Positions 51,270 through 64,000 of a stretch of 64,000 nucleotides of DNA are shown here, in pieces. The stretch is from Marsupella aquatica. Taxonomy: Eukaryota; Plantae; Marchantiophyta. The position numbers and the translations under genes were made by a program. Below the pieces are notes generated by a model. The model saw nothing but the letters and a program-made list of their open reading frames with translations, was not told the origin of the DNA and searched no databases. Location: NCBI GenBank assembly GCA_973895155.1, contig OZ316897.1, positions 16,119,375-16,183,374 of the forward strand, given 5' to 3'. Every line of letters starts with the position of its first letter. Positions within the stretch are counted from its first letter, which is position 1.

Positions 51270-52210
51270 TGAAATTGCTGTTTCTCTGGAGATACAACAG
51301 AGAGGGCCTGAAAGCGCAGCTGTCTAGGGTAAGTGGATTTGATGACTGCCGTTTTTGGAGAAAAAAAAGAGAAGGCATGGAAGCTCAACTGTCCAACAGA
51401 ATCTGAAAAGTGCCGTTTGTTTCTGGAGATAAGAGAGACAAGGCATGGTACTAAGCACAGTTTGTTGAAAGGATGTGCTGAATGCTGGTTGTTTCTGGGA
51501 GATTAGAGAAGACATGGAGCTCAATTGTCTACGAGCTTTGATGACTCCGGTTTCTTCATTGGAGTTAAGAGAGGAGGCCTGGACTCTCAATTGTCGGACA
51601 GGATTTGGTGAGTGCTGTTCGTTTCTCGGTGATAAGAGAGAAAGCATGAAACTAAGCAGAGTTGTCTAAAAGGCTTTGATGAATGCTGTTTGTTTCCTGG
51701 AGACACGAGAGTAGGCATGGAACCACAATTGTCTACAAAAATTTGATGAGTGCTCTTTGTTTCTTGGAGTGAGAGAGGAGGCATGGAAGCTAAATTGTCT
51801 AACAGGATGTAGTGAGAAAGCATGGAACTAAGCACAATTATCTAAATTGATGGTTTTCATGGATGCTGTTTGTTTCGTGGAGTTCAAGAGAGAAGGAATT
51901 GGACCTCAACCGTCTAACGGAATTTTATGGGTGTTGCTTGCTTCTTGGTGACAGGAGAGAAGGCGTGGAAGCACGACTGTCAAAAGATGATGTCGGCTGT
52001 TTGTTTCTTGGAGATAAGAGAGAACGAATGAAAGCACAATTGTCCTGCAGGATCTTATGGACTGAAGGATTTCACCAGTTTTGTTTCTTGTAGTAAAGAG
52101 AAACAAACATGAAAGCGCAATTGTCGGTAAGGATTTGATGAATGCTACTTTTGATGACTGGAAATAAGAGAGGAGGCATGGAAGCAGCGCAATCGTCTAC
52201 AAGGATTTGA
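51270..52210. repeat. Degenerate tandem minisatellite (about 60-65-bp unit)
   Basis: About 14 units of GTTTCTTGGAGATAAGAGAG..GGCATGGAAGC.CAATTGTC. Confidence 0.8.
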
Positions 52211-54309
52211 TGCGCGCCAAGATCAGTAGGGGTATCGAACACAGAACATAAATTAAATATGTCCCGAGGCAACGAACCGGAATTCCATGCTGCTGCCCGT
52301 TCTTGCACGAATGCATGCAGGCACTGAGCGCTTGAGCAACTCGCAGCGCGACGACGACGATCCCTATGTCCAGTTTGTAGAGCTGCAACTTGCGACTTGA
52401 GTGGGCTCTTCAATTAAGGGAAACAAGATGTGCAATGCAAAATGCGCTGATGGTTTGATCTCAGCGGTCTAGAGAGACACTCATGTGAAATAGCTTAGAT
52501 TGCAGAGATGGAAAGAGTTGCATAGCGGACCACCTACGGTAACGGGAGGATTGAAGAACACAACCCGAAAGGCTATTCTTCTACTTCCAATGCAGGTTCT
52601 TTACTTAATGGCGACAGTCGCTTCGTCCGCCGATTCTTTGTCCGAATGTAGACTCGATTGACAGTACAGCTGAAATTGCGGAGATGGAGCTATGATGCAG
52701 ATGTGACGTACACTCGCATAACTAAGGAAACCGGTGTCTTACATTGCAGATACACAGTCTGTAGAGCTCATTAGGGTCGGATTATCGGAGTCCTTGCATG
52801 GCAGATGTACAGTACTAATGTGCCGACGAGAGTACAGTCCCTTCGAGTGAGTTCTCCTGTCAAATAAAATTGTATACCGGCAGAGCGCATTAAAGTCTGT
52901 CTAGACGAGAGAATTAAGTCTCCGTTCCAATTCTCCACACCGCGCGCGCCATTTTATAAATGCAAGTCATGGCTGAAGTGAAGAGATTCGGAGAGAAGCG
53001 TTGCACTGTGCCACTGCGTGTGTGACGCCAAACATGGAACGGCTGCTCTGATGGACTCTACAAAAAAATAAAAATGATATTATGATTCTCTGGAACAGTA
53101 ACTCTGTGAGCTCCACCAATGCAGCCAGTCCTCTGTTGCCTCTATGTGTGACCCATGCTTGCACTGATGGACTCTACAGAAGAACAGAATGAGATTACGA
53201 TTCTTTGGAACAGTTACTCCGTGAACTCCACTAATGCAGGCAGTCCTGTAAGATGAACGGATGGTGGTGGGCAGTTTTTTGGGGGGAACGGTAAAGGAGT
53301 GGACAGAACTGAAGACTGCCTCCGTCCTGAGAATGTCTCATCGAGTGTCTTATTCACTGACCAGAGCAACGTTCTGTGTGCATAAGCATGGCTAGCATGG
53401 CTACATGTGATTGTCCTGACATACGAAGGATTTCGTCGATTCCGAGCTTCAAAGCGAGAAACTTGGGGATGAAATGTTCGGAACAGGTGGTCGGAGGGGA
53501 AGTGGCCCAGCAGGTCCTGTGTCAGGATTTAGACGTGCTTGGGACTAGTAAGTTGAGCGGTTGGCGTAGGAAGGAACTATCTGGAAAGTTGTGCGTTATC
53601 TTGCATCGAGGGGAATAGTGGATTTAGTCAAACGTGGAGATGGCTTCATGACAGTCGAAGAATTAGATCGGCCGAGACTGATGCGTAGAGTTTGGGTGCC
53701 CTCAGTTTGCTACAACTGATTGACAACTGCACATCATAATATGGCATGCCCGGTGTATACGACATCACTCCATATACCATGATAAACATCGTTATTTTCT
53801 ATAAATCAATGAGTACACCGTATATTTACACATTTTGATTGTGATTACCGGCAATGTACTTACAAGACCAGTTACCTTTATGACTCTAGTCATGCTTCAT
53901 GAGATACGTATTTGAATACTGATACTCATCCCGTAAGTAGCACATTGGTGTGCACTTTCTCAGTGCAATTTTAGAACGTAACACTCTCAAGTGAACATGA
54001 CTGACTGTGTTAAGCAGTTGTGAATTTTCTGTTCCATTTGAGATAAGCACCTGCAATTCTGAGTTTTGCAGTGCCCTCCTTTTATATATTCCGGTCGGAG
54101 ACAACAAGCGGAGATCAAGGCCAACCTTCAAGCCAAGGACGAAACCAATGAAGAAGGCATGAGTAAGCTGTTGCACAATGTATACAGCAACTGGGCGGGC
54201 ACTTGTGAATAGTGGGTTCATAAACAGTCGGTTCATGAACAGCAGAATGTTAATTAGTTCATCAGGGAAACTCGAACGAGATATTCCTTTGATACGTACT
54301 ATGGATTTT

Positions 54310-55560
54310 ACCTCAGCTGGAGCGCCGTATCCTCTCTTCTCTACTCCATTGCCTGGAGCATGAAGGGCTGGGCAGAGTGCACACATGGCTGGCCCGTGTG
54401 TCTTATATGTTCCCGTTCTGCCAAGCCTGTCAAGTTCACTTTGTGCAAGCTTTCCCCAGACGACAATCGATGGGTTTGAGATCCACGGTCAAAATGCCAC
54501 AGGTGACAGGTGGGCCAGGTTTGCTTAAAGTCTACGGTTTTCCTCCAGTTCTGCTTAAAGTCTACGGTTTTCCTCCAGTCCTCAACCTACCCTTACCTTT
54601 AGTCAGTTCCGTATTATTTTCATCCAAGACGTTACCGTAGCTGCTGCAGTCTCCAATTCCTCCTATTTCCTCGTCTGGCAGGGTGACAGGAATGTTCTAC
54701 CACGTGGATAGCTTGTCCAACTTGAAACAAATATTGAGCATAGCATCGGAGATATCTGGATTTTCTGCTTGCATGAACCATAATTATAACTGCGAGCGAC
54801 ATACTTGGACTTGAAGTCCAGGCGCTGGTCGTTACACTACCTGACAGGCATGAAGGCCCCTGCTGATGTCCCCTCTTACCCCGTCCAGAGCTGACAAAAT
54901 GGCTCTCTGTCGAGTCTGAATTTGCTACAGTCCCATCTCAGCCACTTCTCATCAGTAGAGAGGGCGCTTCCTCTCCCGCTGCAGACCAAGGACACTGTTG
55001 CTATCTGATCTTCGAGCTCTGTCAAATGCCGCCTGGTTTCTTTGCGTTGTTTACTGGAGTCTGTTTCCTCTTTTGCCTGGGATAAGGGTGTTCCTGCCTG
55101 AAACTCCCCTAGTCTTTTCTTGTCACGGAGCAAGCCATGGGAAAAACTTTACTGGAAGGGAAGAATAAATCTTGCTGGAGGAGAACGACGGGAAGCTCAG
55201 AATTATTCCGGTCCCATCCTGTCCACCCTCTCGCTGGAACAGCACACGAGATAAACTTCACCCATTTAGATTTGTCACTGGATCTACTCTTTTCTTGTGT
55301 CTTATTGGACGTGTGGCCAATCCTTGCTATTGATCTGTTTGTTGGGGGTTTCAACACGTTCTCCATGACAGCAAACATAGGCAGATATCATGTGTGGACG
55401 TCTGATTTTTAAAATGTCTCTACATGTGCAAAGAGATCTTGGTACGTAAGACCCTGATGTGTGCCTCATTTGGCGAATACTTACCTTGAACTTATCGACT
55501 CTTTCCTTAGTTTGCTTACATTCATTTCCGTCGACTTCTACTGTACGAATAAATAGGGCC
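54310..55560 (-). other. Possible multi-exon gene or pseudogene of unknown product
   Basis: Several GTAAG-type donors and CAG acceptors on the minus strand bound short open segments (for example about 55560-55485 and the segment ending at about 54880). No recognisable domain. Confidence 0.25.
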
Positions 55561-58500
55561 TGCAAAACCATGATGCTGACTCGAGAAAGCGAAACAGGAA
55601 TTGTCATCCTCTGAGGGTACTCTCCCCCTCGTTTTAAGAAAAGAAAGGACACAGGAACAAAAGAATAAAGGACTTGTACAGTACTTCGAGTCTTAATCGC
55701 GGATTGAAAAGAAATATTTTCCTGCACGTTGTCAGCAGGCATTTACACGTAGCATTTGACGTCTTTCAAAAAGCATTTTTTGCCAAAGAAGATGCTTCAA
55801 CGAGAGATTTAGCCGTGACTTCGCTATGTTCTTGCCAAAGAAGATGCTTCAACGAGAGATTTAGCCGTGACTTCGCTTAAGAGATTCTTTCAAGTATGGT
55901 TATGGCTTTTCGTAGAGTAGGCCAGATTCTAGAAGTGTGCTTCCGAAACGGAAGAACCTGTTTCTCTTTTACTGTACTATCGTCGGTACCACTGTACTCG
56001 CTCTGCACTGCAACAGCTCCGTCATCGACCGCTGAATTCCGAATCTATGGAGCATGGGCGGTGAAAGGGAGGAGACTAGGAGAAGTTTTGACCAAAGCCC
56101 CTGAACCGTAGAGCAGGCCTGATGTGAGATCGTGCCTGTCCAGCCCAGAGCCTCGCAGCAAACGTCCATTTATATTATAGTCTGGGAAAGTTCTATGTGG
56201 GCTCATCTTTTCTTACTAGAAGACCTACAGTAGTAAACCTACATTTTCCTGGAGCCATTATAACTGTAGCCCATGTCTTGAATCTCGCAAGGGATATGTG
56301 GGCAAAGACCTACAGTACTAATCTTGAATCTCGAAGATCTATTCCTGCTGCAGCCCAGTTCTTACGTGGGGTCAGATGGCTAGTCGTAATGGACTCAATT
56401 CTCTTATCATTCTATTTTCTGTTACTTACTGAACTTCGGTTAATCATCTGAAACAGGAAGACAGCATGCCCCAAGTATGCACATTCACGCAATACATATT
56501 TTAAAAAGCTCCCATCTCTAAGAGGCAAGTGTCTTGGACACGATATCCATATCGCAACAACTTGCCATGACGAATCTGGATGTGTTGTTGATGGACGGAA
56601 AACAGTGAGAGAAAAGGGAGTCAGGTCGAAAAATGGGTACCAATCATCCCACAGAAAGCTGCCACCGAATGGCCTGTCAGATTCGATTGGCATGATGGCC
56701 GTGAGCTTCATGGGAAAAGGGATGCCACCCTCGGCAGTGAAAGATGCCCAGTACGTGAACAGACCAAATGATCTGTATGTCGCACTTTTCCGTTTCAAAA
56801 ACAATACGTACCGTAGATTGCAGAGACTGCCAGACGCTCAAACATATTGTGAATATGTGGTCAGCAACTCAAAGGACGTGGAGTGGAGGTGAGCTCACTA
56901 CCATTCGCATTGGTGTCGAAGAACTATGCTAGAGATAGCCAAAACTGCAACTTATCCTGCGGGAGCAAACGAGACTCTTGCAGTGTTAGAGATCTGTAGT
57001 ACAACTAAGAAGGAAAGTTATTGGACATGAAAGCTGGATTGATTTCTCTGGAGTGCATAAGGAAAGCTAATGTTATTAGTTAAATTCCCTTGTTGGATGC
57101 TGGCGTTTTGAAGGAAATTCAATTGGTGTTTTCCGGGCTCTTTTCGAGCCAAAAAAATAGTTGTATTCCATGACTCAGAATGCGAAGTGTATGTTAGCGA
57201 TCCCTTAGTTTAGCTTGAACCAAGAAGGCTTGATTGATGGAATTTGTGATATATCTCACTAGGAAAGGTGCTTTAAACTGTGGCCAGTCAATAATGTTAA
57301 GTGATGAAGAGGAGCCAGTAAGTGACGCAGAAGCATGTTTTCTCATCATCAGAAAAGACCGTCATGATGGTTTAGTTAGGATACAGGTGATATTACTTCG
57401 ATTAGGAAGCGTAGAAGCAAGGACTGAAGTTGCTTGGGTAATGCAATTAAGGACATCCTTTAATTCTGGTGGAGTACTCTGTTCGAAAGAATACTCGTTG
57501 TTAGCGTGGGTTCAATCACGAAACACACTCGTTTAAGTGCTGAAATTCTGCATTAGCAGATCTCAATTTTGTACGTAAAGTGGTGTGGCTTGGTATTAAA
57601 GGATGCTCATGCACAGACCTTCCTCAAGCGAAACTGACATGCACAACGCCACAGTGTCGCCCACCATAGAAACTAAATGTCAGGCCGTAGACTACACATG
57701 TTGACCAACATGTGAGCTCCTTTTTAAGATTTGTTTTCGCTTGAAGTGAACATCCACACATGGAAGTCATTCATTACGTCTACACTTAGTCCCTATGTGG
57801 ACCTCTTTTCCTTTTCTCTATTGTACTTTGTTGACCCCTATTAAAAACAATGTGGACCAGTGAGATGTAGTCTCTTCTTTTGATCATATCTGTAGAACGT
57901 ATCAGTTGCCATCCTTCTTGCTTTTCTTTTGTCTCAAACTTCAGCTACACTAGCCGTTTAGATTTTCATGTGCAGTATTTCCACGTGGGGACGCATGGGC
58001 CCCACGTGCATTGGTCTCCAGGGTTGCTTCTCATTTGTGCAAAAGACCACTTCTCTAAGGAGATCTTGGTAGTGAGATCATCACTGCATAACATGGTTCC
58101 AATTCCAACATGTGGCCAACAAGAGGATTTCAAGTGTCAGGCCTCAAACTCGAACATGTTCAGCGTCAGCGCAAGTGACACATGACCTGGTTCACTTATG
58201 CACCATTTGTATAATAATTGCAAATCTTACACTGAAGCAATTGTCACCATGTCTCACGTGCCCACTCTCCCCACCTGTCATACAACTCTATAGTATAAGT
58301 TCCAAGAGCTGAGTCTCCTGGGGCTTATGTGAAGGCCAGTCTACCCAAGGTTTGAAATTCTCTGGGCCTTTTATGACTCTTCCAATTCTTCACAAATCTA
58401 CAGAATCATGTACCACATAGGTAAGACTTTTGAGAGTTTTGGCTTTGTATGAGCTTTGTATGTTCTACAACATTTACCTTGCTTTGTGGAGGGGATTATG

Positions 58501-60319
58501 CAACGCCCCATCGATGAGGTATATGTGACTAAGAATTTTAGCGTATGAAATAAAACATGGCCCAAATTACTGGCATTGAACTTCTACTTTTTTATATACA
58601 TTTTGCATGACCTTCAGTCCAATGATTTTAATTCTTTTGTTTCTTTTCAAAACTCATCAAGTTGTCACGTAAATGAACATTCTGGTTACAGGCATGGTGG
58701 GCCGGAATGTCCCCTCAAACTTGGGCTAGTGCCCTTGTGTTGGGGACATTATATCCCACAATGCACTCTAACCATGACACTACCTTACTCAATATCAGAC
58801 GCATTAGTTGGCTTCCCAACCCTCCTCCCTGGTTGTAATCTGTTGCATTTAAACCCCAGCTAGCTGCATTGGCACACCCCTCTGGACCTGTATGCTTCCC
58901 ATTAATTAAGTGAACCTGTGAAGGCTAAAAGGTCACATAAGATAGGTAGCTGTCCACAAATGAAGTGCCTTAAATCAAAGCCAATGTGAGTTGTCTTCAA
59001 TATCAACTACTTAATTCAAAGAACTATTGTAATTACATTAGACTGTTCATAGCAATAAGTGTTACTCACATTTATTCTGGTAAGGCAAATTTGCTGCTGC
59101 ACTCCTGAACGAATGTTACCTAAAAAACGCTTACAGACATTTTAAACATTTTTTTTCCAATGGACAGAAGGGGGCTGCCCCAGGATCCACATGGAATTCT
59201 TGGCCCTATCATGCATGAATTAATCTAGATAAGACCTATTCCCTTCTTATTGTTAGTAACATTAATTTCCCATTCACTAATTAGATGCTAACACTAATAG
59301 CCCTGATCTTCAGTTTAGTTTGCATGTTCATTTCTCCCAGGTGGAACCCAGACTTTCTCTACAAGTGAACATTCTTAGAGAGTTACTTATATGTTTTGTG
59401 CAAATGCAAAACAGTAATCTGTGGCTCAGACTTTGAAGGTTCTCAACACTCTATACAAGGATAGGAGCCAGCAGGGAGTCTCAAAACTTCAAAGTTTACA
59501 GTCCCTAAATTTTCATTTGAATACAGTCCCTAACTTTTGAGTTGTGAGTAGGGTAACTCATCCCCGGGAGGGGCTAATGGAATTCAATCTCTAATGGCGG
59601 TGAGCCTGAGGGGGTTACAGCCCATTATTGCCAAGTGGGGATGAATTACAAAGCCTAATCCCCCAAGTGTATTTTTTGAAACATTCAGCTCATTTTACCT
59701 AAACTGTCTGGCTAGCTATTTGCAGGTTGTGTGTTCTCGTTAAAAAGTGAGACTCCCCAAGCCAAGCTGGCATGAGGGTTTTGTGGACTAACCTGCAGGA
59801 CAATGCCTCACAACCTTACACAGACTAACAAACAAGAACTCGAACACAATAGGGGTTTATGGTTGAACACAACCCTTATGGATTTTGAAATAAATGTTCC
59901 ATAAGTTTTGTTCTACACAGACATCCATACATGGCGATTAGGAAGCTTCATAGGCTGGGCACAGAAATTAAAATTTCACCTGAAGACAAGAGTAGTTCCA
60001 CTTAGACGGAATGACCAAAACCTATATGTCGTGAGCATGAGGATCCACATTGCATTCGATGCACACCAAATTGAGTATCCAAGTCTTGTTTCAAGAAGTC
60101 TAATCTTTGGGTCCAGTCCCCCAAATTCAACAACGACTTCTTGGGATCCCTAGGTTAGGTGGAGGGGAAGGGGAAGGGCCATTTTCCAGGTGCCTTTGAT
60201 CCTGCCTACTAAAGCCATAAAGTCAAATTTAAATGTTTGAACATATGATTTGGGTTGCATGAATGGCTTTCAAATTGCCACATGATGTAATGAAGAACTC
60301 CAAAAACATACTACAAATA

Positions 60320-61700
60320 AGTTCTCCACCAAGTCTTACATTCAAATAATGTAAAATCTACACCATTGTCAAGTTTTTGACGAGAGGAATAATGTATTCC
60401 AGTCGGACTTTGCAACTGTTCCTATTGGTGACTGTCAGGCTTTTTGGCTCTTTGGTTGATTTTTCCCTTTTGCTCCCCCCTTTATTGGGTTCTTGTCTTT
60501 GGGGATCCTGTCTCCCAAGTTTTCTTCTGTCTCCCCCACCCTTATTGGGTTCTTGCTTTGGGGATCGTGGCTCCCCATGAGAACCTTTTTTTCTTTAGCA
60601 GTGTTCTACATATTTGTTTTGTCCTAAAGCCATGTTCCACCTATACCATGTGCTGCAAGCTCTTGAAGAGAGTACCGGTGCATTCCAATGGGATTTGGTA
60701 ACAATTGCTTTGTTTGTGTGGCATGTTGCACCTACATTGTAGCGTTGGGGAGGGAGCGCATCACACTAGCAAGTGATTAATAACTTCTCCACTAAGTCTT
60801 CCACTAAACAATGTACAATTTAAACCATGCCCAAGCTCTTAAAGAGAGTAATATTGTATTCCAATGGGATTCCATTAAACAATGTAGAATTTTATACCAT
60901 GGCCCAAGCTTTTAAAGAGAGGAATATTGTATTCCAATGGGATTTGTAACTATTCCTGTTGTTTTGAAAAACCATGTTTTTGCTTACATTGTAGTTTCCA
61001 GAGGGAGAAGTTCACAGCATCAAATGTACCCACTATAGTACATGCAACCCTGTTTGTGCTATCTCATGGTCTACTTATGAAATGTCATTCTGGTGAAAAA
61101 TCTTATTGGCCGTTGAATCATGTCACATTTTTCCTTAACCATGAGATGGACAACCTGTCACTCTCCCAGTAACACACATTCTCCTTGAAATCTAGTTGCC
61201 ATTTCAATTGCCATGTGGGCTTGTTGACTCCTCACATTGTCCAACTATCTGACCATCTCACTTATGCTTGACAACACTTCCCCTCAACATCACTTACTAC
61301 AAACAATAGTCTGTGATGCACACATTGGCTATGGTTAATGGCTTCTATTGAGTCTTCCATTAAAATAGTGTAAAGTCTATACCATACAGAAGCTCTTGAA
61401 GGGATGAATATTTTTATTCCAATGGGATTTTGTAACTATTCCTATTTGTGTGGTTGGAAAGCCATGTTCCACCTACATTGTAGCGTTGGGGAGTGATCAC
61501 ATCACACTACCAAATATTAAATAACTTTCCCACTAAGTCTTCCATTAAAATATGTAAGTTCTATACTACGCACATTCGCACAAGCTCTTGAAGAGAGGAA
61601 TATGGGATTTTTATTTGTTGTGTTGGAGAGCCATGGCCCACCTACATTCTATCGTTGGGGAGGGAGCACATCACACTAACAACAAAGCTTGGCGAGATGG
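60320..61700. repeat. Clustered degenerate repeats
   Basis: About 6 copies of AAGCTCTTGAAGAGAG...TATTCCAATGGGAT-like sequence and 3 of CACCTACATTGTAGCGTTGGGGAG-like sequence. Confidence 0.7.
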
Positions 61701-64000
61701 TCATAAATATGTACTGCTTTTGTGGTGGGAGTCCCATGTTCAAACCTCCGACCTACATGTGGCATTGGCCTACTATAAGGTGGGAAGGAAAGCTCATTTG
61801 GGTCTTTATTTCGAGTAATAGGTTCCGTTGTAGGGGGGACAGGCCTTGAAGATAGAAAGGAGGAAGGAGTTCTAAACCAATGGGTTTTTATTCTATTCTA
61901 TTTAGCTAAAAAATAAATCCATACCTATACCAGCAGGGCCATATACATAAGTCATTCATACAAGATGATATTCAGCCATATCCTGTCATTAAATTTTTTA
62001 ATGTTTATTTTTTAGGGAAAAATATACCTGACAGATGATATTCTGCTTTTTCTCTCTTGTGGCTTTTGGACTTTTCTAAAAATATTACGTTTTTCTTATG
62101 TGTATTAAGTTGATATAGAAGTGTCATTACTGTAGTGGTAACTTGGTGAAAAAACTCCCCAACTTTCACCGATGGCCATAAAAAGCTTTTCCAGCAAACA
62201 AGTCTTTCCAATCTAGTTTTTCCAGTATTTGACTCATATCTAGCCAACACATATGTTGCTGCATGTTGCAACAGATGAAAAGGCTGTCGCCAGGGCAATT
62301 TGCCTCATATCAAGCTGCTTAGGGTGTTGTGTCTGTAATTTAATTTCCTCTCCATTTTTTGAACAGTCCACACAATTTTAGACCACCATTCTGACACTGG
62401 GCACCAATTTTTATAATTTATTTATTATCTACGCAAACCAGGGTAAGAGTACAATATATCTCTCAAAAGTGACACTCTTTCCATTCTTTTGTGATCCATT
62501 GAATTTCAGTCACATATGCAAGTATGTAATTACTAACTTTGAAAGCTACTGTTCAGGGCCTCGATCTAGAGTGAAGCTCATAGACCATGGCTCTGGGGCA
62601 TAATGGAAGTTGGGGTGTGAGTAGAAAATGTGGATTTTGGGTAAAGTGAGTTTCTGAAAGTGACACACCGGCCTCCATATGTACTCACCTCTACATAAGC
62701 TTCAAGTGAGTCTCTGAAAATGATGCAGGAGCAGGTTCTTACAATGTCTTCATCTCTATTTAAGTTCAAAGAATGGGCATTCAGACTAGGTAGTTGAGAA
62801 ATAGACACCATTACTCAAGGGAGAAATTAATCCGTGGACCCCCATGTTAGTTTAGAGGCTGTTATCAAGAAACTGAAGCCTAGATGGACCTCCAAATCTA
62901 AAGAAGAAAAAAATTCAAAAATGGACAAGTCAATGTTTGAAACAGTTGCCAACTTGGCAACCATAATTAGCATCAATCGCAAAACTAACTGCAATGTGAA
63001 CTATTGTTTAATGTGTGGGTAGCTTAATTGCCTACTTCAGCAAAACGGTGCTTGACGGTTTCCTCCAAGTACCGAAGGGATACACTCAAGTTGCATCGAA
63101 AGTAATCACTTTTCAATTCCTACACTTAGATAGACAAAGAGAGGGAAGTCATCAAATCACTAACTTTGCATAATAGTTGAAGTCAGACAAAAAGTTTCAT
63201 GGAAACAAATCTCCAATTGTGGAATTTGGAATTGATCGAAAGCTAGAGAAATTTAGAAACTCATGACCACTTTAGTACTTGATAAAATCTCCCAATGTTA
63301 CACACTCATTGGAAAGCTAGGGAACATTGGAAACTTATAATCTCCTAAGAACTCAACTAAATCTATCAATGTTAAGTTCATTAAAATGCTAAAGAAATTC
63401 TAAAATTCAGAATCTCCTTAGTACTCGGATAAAATCTGTCAATTTTAGGTTCATTCTCATGGAAGGGGTCAACATTTCAAGGGTTGTACAACAAAGATTT
63501 TTATTCACGTTAGAGATTATGAAATCACGGGTAAAATCTAATTTTCAAATTACTTACTCAATTCTTACCAAATAACAATATTGCTGAGCTCATCATGACT
63601 GTCTCTTCAAGATCTTTCTAACGCCATACTATACCCGAGTTTTCATTATGATTTGACTCAGCAATGTCAAATCAAAAATTGCTACCGGGAAAATTTCATG
63701 TTTTGAATAATATCAAAATGTAAATAAAACCATTACTGGGAACAGTTTTACCTCAATCTTTTTGTCTTTTTATTTGCATGTCATTTTTTTACATTCTTTT
63801 TTACGACATGGCGTCCAAGGTTTTACAGCAAACTTGCCACAAACACGAATGTAGAAGTTAATTTTATCTAAAAACAAGTCTCTTCCTATTTGCAGCGTGC
63901 CATGATGATGTGGCGCATTGTGGAGCCAGGAATTTTGCAAAGGACCCCTAATGGGGGTCCGTAAATAATGTTCATTAGAGCAGCATTCCAAGCAGGTACA

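Noticed and set aside
62000-62810. Possible LINE ORF2 remnant on the minus strand
   Set aside because: Only vague Trp-rich fragments are present, with no RT or endonuclease motif that I can support.

Overview
Eukaryotic nuclear DNA, most likely a land plant of bryophyte grade. This is inferred from GT-AG multi-exon genes, telo-boxes and plant-type LAS1 and PDI proteins. Host genes are an intronless microbial-type NmrA/isoflavone-reductase-like gene (326-1243), LAS1 (minus strand, 7 exons) and a KDEL-terminated protein disulfide isomerase (plus strand, about 13 exons). There are also pseudogene fragments of an RFC small subunit and a kelch-repeat protein. Mobile DNA includes a pogo-type DNA transposon with TIRs and a TA TSD, a Helentron/Helitron2-type RepHel gene with an overlapping spliced orphan gene, a MITE, and a gag-protease relic. 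The standout is a 9.9-kb Ty3/gypsy-type retroelement (3118-12980) encoding Gag-PR-[C5 cytosine DNA methyltransferase]-RT-RNaseH-DDE integrase-PHD finger. It lacks normal LTRs and instead has split direct repeats (A...B-A-B), TGTC...GACA ends and a GATC TSD. A Tf1-like 11-nt self-priming site and a polypurine tract sit exactly at the repeat boundaries. Together these suggest a 2-LTR circle that integrated through an internal abutted inverted-repeat site (GACA-ac-TGTC). All coordinates and motif calls were read by eye; no searches were run.
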